From Patescibacteria group bacterium (GTDB lineage Bacteria; Patescibacteriota; Microgenomatia; UBA10105; UBA927): a stretch of DNA of 64,000 nt. Each line of letters starts with the position of its first letter. The stretch's first letter is position 1. Of this stretch, positions 34,364 to 43,300 are shown piece after piece. Location: positions 131,715-195,714 of the forward strand of contig JBBTWJ010000005.1 of assembly GCA_038062895.1 (NCBI GenBank), read 5' to 3'. The notes beneath the pieces are model-generated. The model was not told the origin of the DNA. It searched no databases and worked only from the letters and a program-made list of their open reading frames with translations. Made by a program: the position numbers and the translations under genes.

Positions 34364-35245
34364 TTATAACTCCTCTAGTTTGACGTTCTCTGTTTGTTTG
34401 TCTTTGACCAGTTCGAGGTACTTTTCGGTCGTGGAGAGGCGTTTGTGGCCGACGAGTTTGGAAAGTGTCGTGATGGATGTTCCCGCCATGAGATGGTGGG
34501 CGATGAAGGTGTGACGCAAGTCGTTCACTTTTGCTCCATCAATGCCAGCGATGCGGAAATAGCGGTCGATGGATGTCCGGATATTGCGGATAAGGAGCGC
34601 TTTGCCGGTCTTGGTGATAAAGAGGGCGGTATTGGTAGCTCCACCCGCCGGAGGAGAACCGCGCTGTGTCAAGTAACTGGTGAGGGCTTCTTTGGCTGCT
34701 TTGTTTAGGGGCACGTTGCGGGCTGCATGGCCTTCTTGGGCTGCAACATGGAGTTCATTTTCTTTGACATCTTCAAGCGTGAGCGCGGCGAGTTCTCCGA
34801 TCCGTACGCCCGTTTGAAGGAAAAGTTCGACAATGGCGTAGGTGCGTGCATCGCCACGGCATGCATCCCGAAGCGCCCGATATTCGAGTTTAGTGAGGAT
34901 CCGGGGTGGCTTGACGTCATACTTGGGGTGCTCGATCTCGACGGCTGGATCCGCAAGAATTAAGGCGGTAGCCTTTAGAAACCGGAAAAAGGTCTTAATA
35001 GAGTTAATTTTTCTTGAGATGGATTTAGGGGTGTAGTTGTCCGACCCCAACTTTTTTAAGTATGCATCGAGTTCGTCACGGGAAACCTCTGCGATGGTTT
35101 TTTTGCCCATATTGAGCAAAAACCCAGTGAGTTGTTCTATGTCTTTGCCGTATGCTACGATGGTGGCGCGGGCGCGTCGGCGGGAGCCCAAGTACTCTAT
35201 AAATTGTTCCCGGGCGGCTTTAAGATCAGTTGGTGTAGGAGCCAT
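34364..35245 (-). CDS. tyrosine site-specific recombinase (XerC/XerD/integrase family)
   Basis: N-terminal SAM-like core-binding domain. Catalytic domain has R in 'ELFLQTGVRIGEL', the 'HTFIAHHL' HxxR region and C-terminal 'TTEKYLEL' with the catalytic Tyr. Confidence 0.85.
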   Translation of the reverse strand: MAPTPTDLKAAREQFIEYLGSRRRARATIVAYGKDIEQLTGFLLNMGKKTIAEVSRDELDAYLKKLGSDNYTPKSISRKINSIKTFFRFLKATALILADPAVEIEHPKYDVKPPRILTKLEYRALRDACRGDARTYAIVELFLQTGVRIGELAALTLEDVKENELHVAAQEGHAARNVPLNKAAKEALTSYLTQRGSPPAGGATNTALFITKTGKALLIRNIRTSIDRYFRIAGIDGAKVNDLRHTFIAHHLMAGTSITTLSKLVGHKRLSTTEKYLELVKDKQTENVKLEEL

Positions 35246-35418
35246 GTATATGTTTTTGGCAGATGGTGGCAGGAAGCCTATTTGGAGCGTATCGACGCTG
35301 TGAGGCTCAATCTAATGACCTATAATATCATAGAAGAAGTTACTTTACAAGCAACAAATTGACGATTGCAACAAAATGACAAAGGAACTAGGGAACTAGG
35401 GAACATAAGGAGACTAAA

Positions 35419-35775
35419 ATGGGGAAATGGAGAATTATTCGGTTGATCATTATCGCGGTGAGTGCCGTGCTCATCGTGAACCTGTCGCGGTCGATTTGGG
35501 ATCTGTGGTGGAGGCGGGATATCCTGGGGGAGCGTCAGGCGGTTTTACAGCGGCTAGAGGCACAAAACAGAAGTCTCCAACGTGAACTTGAATACGCGCA
35601 AAGTCCGGAGTTTATCGAACAGGAAGCGAGAAACCGGTTAGGACTCGGGAAGGAAGGGGAGGCGATAGTACTTATGCCCAATGGGCAACAAGAGGGAAGA
35701 GACAATAAACAAGAAACAGAAAACATAAAAGAGAACGTGCCAAATTGGAAGCGGTGGTGGAGGCTGTTCTTTTGA
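35419..35775 (+). CDS. septum-formation initiator family protein (FtsB/DivIC-like)
   Basis: Single N-terminal TM helix followed by a coiled coil 'LQRLEAQNRSLQRELEYAQSPEFIEQEAR'. Confidence 0.5.
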   Translation: MGKWRIIRLIIIAVSAVLIVNLSRSIWDLWWRRDILGERQAVLQRLEAQNRSLQRELEYAQSPEFIEQEARNRLGLGKEGEAIVLMPNGQQEGRDNKQETENIKENVPNWKRWWRLFF

Positions 35776-35820
35776 GGCTATTATCCCGCTTGGCGGGACC
35801 AGCCTCATCGGGTTGGAAGA

Positions 35821-35850
35821 AAAAAGCTCCGTTAGTGAGGAGCTTTTTTC
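35821..35850. terminator. bidirectional intrinsic terminator (AAAAAGCTCC-loop-GGAGCTTTTTT)
   Basis: Perfect 9-bp stem with A-run and T-run flanks, between the FtsB-like gene and the tRNA-Met 3' end. Confidence 0.7.
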
Positions 35851-35864
35851 TTTGATAACCCGAG

Positions 35865-35936
35865 TGCCAGCGGCAGGGATCGGACCTGCTACCAATGCCT
35901 TATGAAGGCACTGCTCTACCATTGAGCTACGCTGGC
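35865..35936 (-). tRNA. tRNA-Met (anticodon CAU, elongator type; tRNA-Ile2 not excluded)
   Basis: Cloverleaf on the minus strand with acceptor GCCAGCG/CGCTGGC, anticodon loop TTCATAA, T arm GCAGG-TCCGATC-CCTGC. G1-C72 pair, so not an initiator. Confidence 0.75.
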
Positions 35937-36019
35937 TTCCGTGACGGTCTTTATTGTACGAAAAGAAGCGCGGGAAGGCAACTTGACAGTTGTGCGGGGA
36001 TAGTATAAACTATCACGTG

Positions 36020-37057
36020 ATGGTTGATATATTTGACCGGCTGATCATAAAGAAAAAAAAACTTGATGCACTCAAGCCCCGCCCGGACAGGGAGCGAGAG
36101 AGCCTGCAGGAGTGGTTGGACGTGGAGTATACCTACACCTCCAACTGGATTGAGGGCAATACCCTCACGCGTCAACAAACGGCACTCGTCCTCGAAAAGG
36201 GGATAACGATCGAAGGAAAAACGATCCGCGAACATCTGGAGGCGACCAATCATCGGAGAGCCATTGATTTTATCCGTTCGATGACCCAAAAAGGCCACCA
36301 ATATATCACGGAAAACGATATTAAAAGCATCCACAAGATCATTTTGACGGGTATTGAGGACCGGTGGGCGGGAATTTACCGACAATCACAAGTTTTTATC
36401 CGCGGCGCGGCCACCGAGCCGCCACCCCCGCAAGAAGTGCCGTGGCGCATGAGGAAACTCGTTGAATGGTTGGGGAGTATACAGGGAGAACACCCGGCAA
36501 AAGTCGCTGCGGATTTTCATCTCCGGTTTGTCGATATTCACCCATTCATTGATGGCAACGGGAGGACGGCGAGATTACTCATGAATCTTGTCCTTTTGGG
36601 GCACGGGTATCCGATGGCCATCATCAAAACAGAAGAACGGCAGGTGTATATGAAAGCGATAGAAGAGGGAATACTGACTGGATCGCTTGATTATTTTTAT
36701 CGTGTCATCGCCGGAGCGGCAGAACGTTCATTAGATGCATGGACTGCCGCGGCCAGAGGAAAATCCGTGACCCCGTATTTCGTTGACCAGGATAGCGCAA
36801 AGCAGCCATTTATTTTTATCGGCACAGTGGCCAAGGAGGCGATGGTCTCTATTCCCACAGTACGCTACTATGTGTCCCAAGGGCTCATCCGGCCGGTGCA
36901 GAAGAGCAAAGGGGGATTTATGGAGTTTGATCCGTCGGTTGTGAAACAGATAAAAGACATTAAAAAATGGCAGCGTGAAGAGCGGCTCACCATCGAAGAA
37001 ATTAAAAAATGCTTAGTCCAAGATTTTTCATCTTCATTCGACGGCTCCAGCGTTTGA
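36020..37057 (+). CDS. Fic-family protein (AMPylase-type) with C-terminal HTH
   Basis: Fic motif 'HPFIDGNGRTARL'. TTGACA / TATAAA promoter-like hexamers 35983-36009. Start at the ATG at 36020, and the ORF-track start is a TTG. Confidence 0.7.
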   Translation: MVDIFDRLIIKKKKLDALKPRPDRERESLQEWLDVEYTYTSNWIEGNTLTRQQTALVLEKGITIEGKTIREHLEATNHRRAIDFIRSMTQKGHQYITENDIKSIHKIILTGIEDRWAGIYRQSQVFIRGAATEPPPPQEVPWRMRKLVEWLGSIQGEHPAKVAADFHLRFVDIHPFIDGNGRTARLLMNLVLLGHGYPMAIIKTEERQVYMKAIEEGILTGSLDYFYRVIAGAAERSLDAWTAAARGKSVTPYFVDQDSAKQPFIFIGTVAKEAMVSIPTVRYYVSQGLIRPVQKSKGGFMEFDPSVVKQIKDIKKWQREERLTIEEIKKCLVQDFSSSFDGSSV

Positions 37058-37271
37058 TCTGGGCTTCGCGTTTGAGCGCGACGGATCTGTTTGGTTGTGT
37101 TTCTTGATATATGATGCGTACCGGAGGGTGGCTCCTCGTGTACGCGCCGCCTTTCCCGCTTATATGCTCAAGAAGCCGTTTGTGGGGGTCTATGGCGATG
37201 CCGGTATAGAGGCTGCCGTTTCGGCACAAGAGAATATAGACAAACCAGGGTGTCGCGGGATTAGTGTTCAT
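37002..37271 (-). CDS. GIY-YIG nuclease-domain small protein, paralog 3
   Basis: 'WFVYILLCRNGSLYTGIAIDPHKRLLEH' GIY-YIG motif. Convergent 56-bp overlap with the fic end. Confidence 0.6.
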   Translation of the reverse strand: MNTNPATPWFVYILLCRNGSLYTGIAIDPHKRLLEHISGKGGAYTRSHPPVRIIYQETQPNRSVALKREAQIKRWSRRMKMKNLGLSIF

Positions 37272-37418
37272 TGTCTTGAAGTATACCTAATTAAAAAGAG
37301 GATATCTTGGTTTACTTCAAGCTAAAAAAATCCCCCTCCTTGTTATCAACGCTATCGCCAATATTTGGCAAATAACTCCGACTCGGAGGGGGTCTTGCTT
37401 ATGGATCTGCGGGGTGGG

Positions 37419-37763
37419 TCATCGAAGGAATGCTGCCAGGAGCATAGCCATTGGGTCAACTTCACGTGCTGGCGTTCTAACAACGATTCCAGTTGCAATA
37501 TCGTCGCCAACACGTTCGCCATCTGTTTGACCGTAGTCCCGTTTCGTTTCTTGCGTGACGACGCCATATAAGGCGGTCAATACATCTTGACTTTGGTCAT
37601 ACAAGGCGTTGCAATAGGCTTCGTGTGCTTCGATTGGGAAACCCATGTCGCGCAGAGCAGATGAGATTCGGAAGCGAAACGCTTTATCGCTTTCATCTTT
37701 ACCCTGTGGTGGCAAATTATGTTCTTTTGCCCTTTCTGCAGTCCAATTCACTTGATCGGCCAT
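37419..37763 (-). CDS. hypothetical protein
   Basis: Start at the internal Met 'MADQVNW'. No motif recognised. Confidence 0.3.
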   Translation of the reverse strand: MADQVNWTAERAKEHNLPPQGKDESDKAFRFRISSALRDMGFPIEAHEAYCNALYDQSQDVLTALYGVVTQETKRDYGQTDGERVGDDIATGIVVRTPAREVDPMAMLLAAFLR

Positions 37764-37795
37764 TTTAAATACCTCCTTTCTTTTTTTGATTCGGG

Positions 37796-37847
37796 TAACC
37801 ACGAGATTAGCCTCAATATATATTGAAACCTATCTCGTGGTTACCAT
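37796..37847. promoter_or_regulatory. 14-bp perfect inverted repeat GGTAACCACGAGAT-N24-ATCTCGTGGTTACC in a divergent promoter region
   Basis: Seen directly. Lies between the divergent starts at 37763 (-) and 38066 (+). AT-rich loop TATATATT. Confidence 0.5.
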
Positions 37848-38065
37848 GATAAGAAAGGATTTTCCGCAGATTGTAAATGTGCAAGATGATCAAAATGTAA
37901 ACCACCAAAAAAGCGCTAGCTACCAAGCGCTTGTTGATGCGTTTACCTAACGAGGGATTTTACAGAGAGAGAGAGTTAAAGTCAAGCCTATAGTGGGTAA
38001 AGTGTTTATTTAAGGCCTATTTATGGTATTGACAGGGTCTATAAATATGCTAGTATGGTACCTAT

Positions 38066-38335
38066 ATGCAATCAACATCGTCCACCATCAAGCTCAACGT
38101 GTCATCTGGGATACTGGCTAACGCTGATGCAGAGGCACGCCGGATTGGTATATCCCTTCAGGATTTTATCCGCATGCTCATGGCTACCTACTTTGCCAAC
38201 ACTCAATCTGTCCGGGCAGTTTCTCGGGATCAGTCCTTGTACGAGCAGGCACGCAATGAAATACAAAGCGGATCATTTGTCCGTGTAAAGAATAAAAGGG
38301 AACTCAACGAATATTTAAACAAACTCAACTCCTAA
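38066..38335 (+). CDS. type II antitoxin, DinJ/RelB-like (ribbon-helix-helix)
   Basis: Small protein immediately upstream of a RelE/ParE toxin. N-terminal 'TIKLNVSSGILANADAEARRIGIS' RHH-like. Confidence 0.5.
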   Translation: MQSTSSTIKLNVSSGILANADAEARRIGISLQDFIRMLMATYFANTQSVRAVSRDQSLYEQARNEIQSGSFVRVKNKRELNEYLNKLNS

Positions 38336-38339
38336 CGGC

Positions 38340-38597
38340 ATGGAACTGCGATTCACTCCGTCATTTGAACGGGAATACAAAAAAATTGTCAGGGGAAATG
38401 AGACGCTTCAGAAGAAGGTCAGAAAGCAGCTTACCATTCTTGAGAAAAATGCAAATTATCCGTCACTTCGTCTGCATAAGCTTGGTTCGAGTAAGTACTG
38501 GTCAATTTCTATAGACACAAGTATCCGGGTACTTATCATTCTTGAAAAACAGTGGATTTACGTCTACCACATTGGGAAACATGAGGATGTGTATTAG
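38340..38597 (+). CDS. RelE/ParE-family toxin
   Basis: 'FEREYKKI...KLGSSKYWSISIDTSIRVLIIL...IYVYHIGKHEDVY' matches the RelE/ParE fold pattern. 4 nt after the antitoxin. Confidence 0.65.
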   Translation: MELRFTPSFEREYKKIVRGNETLQKKVRKQLTILEKNANYPSLRLHKLGSSKYWSISIDTSIRVLIILEKQWIYVYHIGKHEDVY

Positions 38598-39139
38598 AGT
38601 TGATTTGAGAACTTCATATAGAAAAAACAATCTATGGTTTCCGTTGGACTGGCAATCCATTTAATAGTTCCTGCATTACGGTACCCGTTTTTCTCCCAGA
38701 ATCCGAAGACGCCGTTTTTAGCGTAGGGGTGGTCAATGCTTAACGGGACGCAAAATTGGGTGCATCCCAATCGTTTGGCTTGGTCTTCCGCAGCGAGTAA
38801 AAGTTTTGAATCTGCTTGAATGTCTTTGAAATTAGAGACGGTCGTAAACGCGATAATGTGCATCCATTTCCCAGTCATTGGCTCGGAAATTTTTAGATCC
38901 GAGAAGTCTTTAAGCTCTTGATCCTGCTCCATCACCTCAAAGACGACAAAGCCAGATATTCGTCTATTTGTTTCCGCAACGAGCACTTTTGCGTTGGGGG
39001 AAGAAATTTTTTGTTGAAAGTATTGTTCATTAGCGCCGTAGTCTCCATACGATGTCCGGTCTAGGGCGACGAGGTGGGGGATATCCTGGGACAAAGCTTC
39101 ATGAATCATGTAAATCGAAGTATAGCAAAAGCAAGTCAT
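38594..39139 (-). CDS. GNAT-like acetyltransferase (weak)
   Basis: C-terminal 'HPYAKNGVFGFWEKNGY' and a central acetyl-CoA-binding-like segment. Confidence 0.4.
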   Translation of the reverse strand: MTCFCYTSIYMIHEALSQDIPHLVALDRTSYGDYGANEQYFQQKISSPNAKVLVAETNRRISGFVVFEVMEQDQELKDFSDLKISEPMTGKWMHIIAFTTVSNFKDIQADSKLLLAAEDQAKRLGCTQFCVPLSIDHPYAKNGVFGFWEKNGYRNAGTIKWIASPTETIDCFFYMKFSNQL

Positions 39140-39521
39140 TCTGTTCTTCGGGAGTAATATCTAATTGGTCGATAGTATGTTGATTTGGATCAGCTGACTG
39201 GAGATTGCTGAGAAGTGCAATCATTTCGGTTCGGCGAGATAAATCTGCCTTGAGTGGGACGGGCGTGTTCGATGGCATATCAATGTATCGGATTTTTAGA
39301 TTTTCTTTTCCTGTATCAGCTTGAAATATTAGTCCTTGTTGAGGCTGATCAGGAAAAGCATCGTGAGCAGCAAATATCACAGCTCTTGTGCCATCTGCTT
39401 CTACAAAAACAAAGCCACCATCTGGAACTAATGGTGCGTCGCAAAATTTATCCTGGCGAACGGCAGCAAAAAAAGCAAGCGAAGATTCTCTTGTAGGGAT
39501 AAATACGTCTGGATTAGCCAT
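39099..39521 (-). CDS. hypothetical protein
   Basis: 140-codon ORF overlapping the downstream gene by 41 bp. No motif. Confidence 0.3.
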   Translation of the reverse strand: MANPDVFIPTRESSLAFFAAVRQDKFCDAPLVPDGGFVFVEADGTRAVIFAAHDAFPDQPQQGLIFQADTGKENLKIRYIDMPSNTPVPLKADLSRRTEMIALLSNLQSADPNQHTIDQLDITPEEQNDLLLLYFDLHDS

Positions 39522-39739
39522 AGATTTATTAACCAGCGCTGTGCAGAATAAATGGAATTATACGGTTTACGGTGCAAGATGTCTACTATAGGACTATTTG
39601 AGGGTAGGATAGCAAGAATTTATTTTTTTGCACAGGTAAAAATAGATCGACCAAACAATGGTAATTTGAGATCGCGACCCGCGATTCTTCTGAAGGTAGT
39701 TGATCCGGGAAAGCCTTAGTGAATGAGCCTGTTTTTAGC

Positions 39740-40987
39740 TTATCGCACTGAATGTGTATCAAGCTCGATAGGAACCTGCTCACTACCGTTCAACGTTTCT
39801 TCTGTAATACGCGAAAACATAAAGATGAATAATGGCAGTAAACCGACCAGTATCAAGGCGGTGGGTAATGATACACTAGCCACAAAACCAACGACTGGAT
39901 TGAGAAGCATAAGTGTAAACCGTCGCAACATGGATATTGACGAGAGCACCGTTGCACGCTGCTCTGACGGTATGTGTTTATTCATATATGCAGACATGAG
40001 TTCAATTCTCGTCATTCCAAACCCACCACTTAGTGCAATAAATAACCCGATTGTGGCTAAATTTGGAAAGAGCGCTACGAAGAAAAATGGCAACGCAGTA
40101 AGGAGCGCTGTGTAGCGAAAATACGCTCTGCCTGATTTCAGAAATTTTTCTATTCTTATAAAATTGCTGGCAATCAATATCTCTGTGCCTGTCAGGAGAA
40201 CATGACCAAAACCAAAATAGAATAGCGGTATATTCATGCTCTGCAACAATGGTTGATATAGCCAAATGACGAAATATCCCCCTGCCGCTACTATGACGGC
40301 GTCCAAAGCCATTATTCGTAGGGGTTTATGGTGATAGAAGAACGAAAAACCTTTTTTGAGAATCTCAATATACCTCTTGCTTTCTGATACGTTCTGATGA
40401 ACTTTAGGCTCTTGGAAGGTCAATGCAATAAGAGACGCAAGAAAAAAAGGAATAGCAGAGAATAGCATGGGCGCGTTGAGTCCGAACTTCATGGCTATAA
40501 AGCTACCGATCACTGCAGAAAACATCACCCCTAATAATGTAAACGTATGAGCCTTTGCAAATACAGACTTACTTTCTCCTTCCTTATTTGCTTCGACCAG
40601 AGAATCGTAGAGTAATGCTTGATCTGCGCCAGAGGTAAGTGCCATGCCTGCCGCAAAAAGAAATTCACCAAGCAGAAAAAATTCAAATCTTGGTACGCTG
40701 CCGTAAACAAGCGCTCCTACAACGGTAATAAGTGCCCCCAGGGCCAATGAATACTTTCGTCCAACAAAGTCCGCAACGGCACCTGTTGGAACTTCTAATA
40801 GGAAAAGCCATAAAGTGAACCAAGATTGCAATAACTGAACTTGAAATAACGTTATTCCACCCCATTCAGTGAAGAAGGGGACAAGAACAGCAGAAAAGAA
40901 CGCTAATTGACGCAAAAAATTATGGGCATAGTAGCGCCATATAGTGCTTCGTATATTGATCGCAATGGTATTCATCAATTCCTTCAT
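39740..40987 (-). CDS. MFS-type transporter
   Basis: 12 hydrophobic helices with an MFS-like 'GRKYS' loop after TM2. Confidence 0.6.
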   Translation of the reverse strand: MKELMNTIAINIRSTIWRYYAHNFLRQLAFFSAVLVPFFTEWGGITLFQVQLLQSWFTLWLFLLEVPTGAVADFVGRKYSLALGALITVVGALVYGSVPRFEFFLLGEFLFAAGMALTSGADQALLYDSLVEANKEGESKSVFAKAHTFTLLGVMFSAVIGSFIAMKFGLNAPMLFSAIPFFLASLIALTFQEPKVHQNVSESKRYIEILKKGFSFFYHHKPLRIMALDAVIVAAGGYFVIWLYQPLLQSMNIPLFYFGFGHVLLTGTEILIASNFIRIEKFLKSGRAYFRYTALLTALPFFFVALFPNLATIGLFIALSGGFGMTRIELMSAYMNKHIPSEQRATVLSSISMLRRFTLMLLNPVVGFVASVSLPTALILVGLLPLFIFMFSRITEETLNGSEQVPIELDTHSVR

Positions 40988-41159
40988 ACAGTATGAACTC
41001 TTGTATCGTTTTGACCTGTTTATAGAGGATGGTCATGGAATGATTTTAACATAAAAAAATGGAGCGTATAAACGCTCCATTTAGAATTTGTGGGAGAGGG
41101 GTAAAAAATATTACCTCCATTTTTTGGTATGCCAAAAGATAGCTACTAAATAATTTTTT

Positions 41160-41561
41160 TTATCGACATTCTGGTCTTGGAGTCGCTTGTATTTCTTCAA
41201 GAATAGCCTGTGTTTCCCTAAGTCTGTCAATGTCTGGCACGATGAGGTCGCCTTGGTACAGTTCTAAAATAAAACCCAATGCTTGTAATTTATTTAACGC
41301 TTCTTTGCCCATTCCTCGAGATTGGTGGCCTTCATTTCGAAAAAAATTTAGATGTCTCTTTGCCTCAGTAATATCGTCATCTTGCAACGCATGAACAACT
41401 CGATTGGCGTATTCAACCGATGCTGTCGTGTGTAGCCATGCGGCATCTTCAGCCGAAACAGGAAGAGCGCAAGTGAATCCAAGCTCGATTTCAGTGTTGG
41501 GGGAATACCCCATAGTAGCAAGGAAGCAATTAGACTGATAAGCAGTTGGGATTTTTGACAT
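41160..41561 (-). CDS. hypothetical protein
   Basis: 133-codon ORF with no motif. Confidence 0.3.
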   Translation of the reverse strand: MSKIPTAYQSNCFLATMGYSPNTEIELGFTCALPVSAEDAAWLHTTASVEYANRVVHALQDDDITEAKRHLNFFRNEGHQSRGMGKEALNKLQALGFILELYQGDLIVPDIDRLRETQAILEEIQATPRPECR

Positions 41562-41711
41562 AGTTATATTATAGGTTTTGGTTAGCCATCTGTCAAAATA
41601 GCCCGTTGATACGAGTTACATTTGATTTGGTAGACAGTCGAATAACCAATGTGTACTTATTTTAACCTCAGGATTGCCGATGGATGGAAAAAGCGGTATA
41701 CTAGGCATGTT

Positions 41712-42127
41712 CAGTCATGAACCGCGGGGTAGTGTCACGTAATACTCTATGAAGAGTAAACGTGACTATTATTACCCCAGACGTGTCAGTTAGCCGTAGC
41801 TGGCACGTTATTTCGAAGAAATTTACGTGCCGCGGGGTAGTGTACAGTTGCACAGAAGGCTCGATTATGGGCTGCCATGCACTTAGGTACGTGGTAGAAT
41901 TTGGCTATATCGGTGAAACCCATTCGACAAGCTCAGGGTAATACCGAGGAAAGATCCCGATGTTACGTCGGGAAATCCGTAGAGACTATACGCCGAACCC
42001 GGATGGTCCCGCTTAGCGGGATGATATCCGGGAAGATATAGTCCGACACTCTCAGTAATGGGAGACAACAGGTGCATAATCTTCTAGGCTGGGTGCGACT
42101 CCCAGCCCCGCAACTGAGGGCATTAAG
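41712..42127 (+). ncRNA. candidate structured non-coding RNA (unclassified; RNase P RNA or tmRNA not excluded)
   Basis: No ORF over about 560 bp, with a TTGCCG-N17-TATACT promoter at 41676-41704. Dense nested hairpins with a duplicated CCGCGGGGUAGUGU segment. A tRNA-like T-arm CUGGG-UGCGACU-CCCAG-CCCCGCA is near the 3' end. GAUGGUCCCGCUUAGCGGGAUGA resembles an RNase P helix. Ends at a perfect terminator. Confidence 0.4.
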
Positions 42128-42168
42128 TACAAAAAAAGATCCTAAATTAGGATCTTTTTTTGTACTCC
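42128..42168. terminator. perfect bidirectional intrinsic terminator GTACAAAAAAAGATCCTAA-ATT-TTAGGATCTTTTTTTGTAC
   Basis: 19-bp perfect inverted repeat with A7 and T7 tracts. Confidence 0.8.
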
Positions 42169-42249
42169 GCCCTCATGAGGCTGGTGGACAGCACGAAGTG
42201 CTGGACATGATAGCCTCAACATAATGACCCGAACGTATACAATGAAAAT

Positions 42250-42528
42250 ATGCACTACGTCTATATTCTCCAATCGTTAATAAAATCCAATTGGCTTTAT
42301 AAAGGGTCTACTTCTGATCTCAAGCGCAGGGTGGCAGAGCACAATGCAGGTAAAAACTTCTCTACCGCTCCATACACTCCATTGAAACTAATTTATTACG
42401 AAGCCTATCTTCTTAAAGAAGATGCCGAAGCGAGAGAAAAATATCTCAAAACCAGCATGGGAATGAGAGTGATTAAAAAACAACTTAGTAACTATCTTAA
42501 ATCTTACGCCATTAGTAGTAGGGGATGA
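42250..42528 (+). CDS. GIY-YIG nuclease-domain small protein, paralog 2
   Basis: 'HYVYILQS...LYKGSTSDLKRRVAEHN' motif. About 60% identical to paralog 1 (18459). Confidence 0.65.
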   Translation: MHYVYILQSLIKSNWLYKGSTSDLKRRVAEHNAGKNFSTAPYTPLKLIYYEAYLLKEDAEAREKYLKTSMGMRVIKKQLSNYLKSYAISSRG

Positions 42529-42904
42529 TGGGAGCGTGAGTTATACTGGTGGTATGGCAAGAAAGAATCCCTCGACTATGCTCGGGACTAAAGAGAAGCG
42601 GTGGACGAGGAGAAGGCTTATCGCGCTTGGGATTCCGGCGGTCTTGATCCCGGGACTCCTGATTGCCATGGCGCTCGGCTGGAATCCGGTGAAACTGGAA
42701 AACGTGAAGGGCTCAAGGAAAATCCCGAAGGATGTAAAAAAGGGAAGCTCATCAATGAGGAAATGGTGCGAAAGCGGCTGGCTTCCGCCGAAACGTATAA
42801 AGAGCGTGGGGAGCTCAAGTATGAAGGGAGAATAGGAAGATAGGGAGATGGGAAGAGAGGGAGATGGGGGTAATTGGAGAATGCAAGAAAAGAAGAAGGA
42901 AAGA

Positions 42905-43291
42905 CTACCGCCTCGTGCAGTGGGAGCGTAGCCAGGAGGCGATTTCCGGCAGGTCCGGTTTTTTGTTGTCTACGTGGATCATAAAGTCCGCTCCATCGCG
43001 CGGTGTCGCCTTGAGGCGATACCCATTTAACCAGAGAAATCGTTTGGTTGCGGCCCATGCCGTTCTTTTATTTCCATCAGTGAACGGGTGATTCATGCAA
43101 AGTGATTGTAAAAGAGCCGCAGCCATGGAAAAAAGCGTGGGGTAGAGAGATTGTCCGTTAAATGTCGCTTTACATCGCTCCACTGCGGAATGAAGGAGTG
43201 AGAAATCGCGGACACCAGCCTTGGTGCCTGCACGATGGATGATCGCTTCGTGGATCGCATACGCCTCTTCAATATCGAGAAACTGTGTCAT
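42905..43291 (-). CDS. doc: Doc (death-on-curing) Fic-fold toxin
   Basis: Doc motif 'HPFTDGNKRTA'. Confidence 0.75.
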   Translation of the reverse strand: MTQFLDIEEAYAIHEAIIHRAGTKAGVRDFSLLHSAVERCKATFNGQSLYPTLFSMAAALLQSLCMNHPFTDGNKRTAWAATKRFLWLNGYRLKATPRDGADFMIHVDNKKPDLPEIASWLRSHCTRR

Positions 43292-43300
43292 GGGTATGGA

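Noticed and set aside
34364-35245. Integrated prophage or ICE delimited by the recombinase and a tRNA
   Set aside because: No direct repeat of either tRNA 3' end and no phage structural or replication genes were seen. The recombinase may be the chromosomal Xer protein. Only the hot-spot layout is reported.
41900-42110. Firm call of RNase P RNA or tmRNA for the structured locus
   Set aside because: Individual blocks (an RNase P P8/P9-like helix, a GGUGAAACCC, a tmRNA-like T-arm) are present. However, they are not in the canonical order, and no P4 pairing or GGAUUCGAC box could be placed. It is reported only as an unclassified ncRNA candidate.
42536-42843. Overlapping 99- and 80-codon plus ORFs after GIY-YIG paralog 2
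   Set aside because: They are encoded by GGGAGATGGG-type simple repeats. The products are low-complexity with no RBS, so they are probably non-coding.
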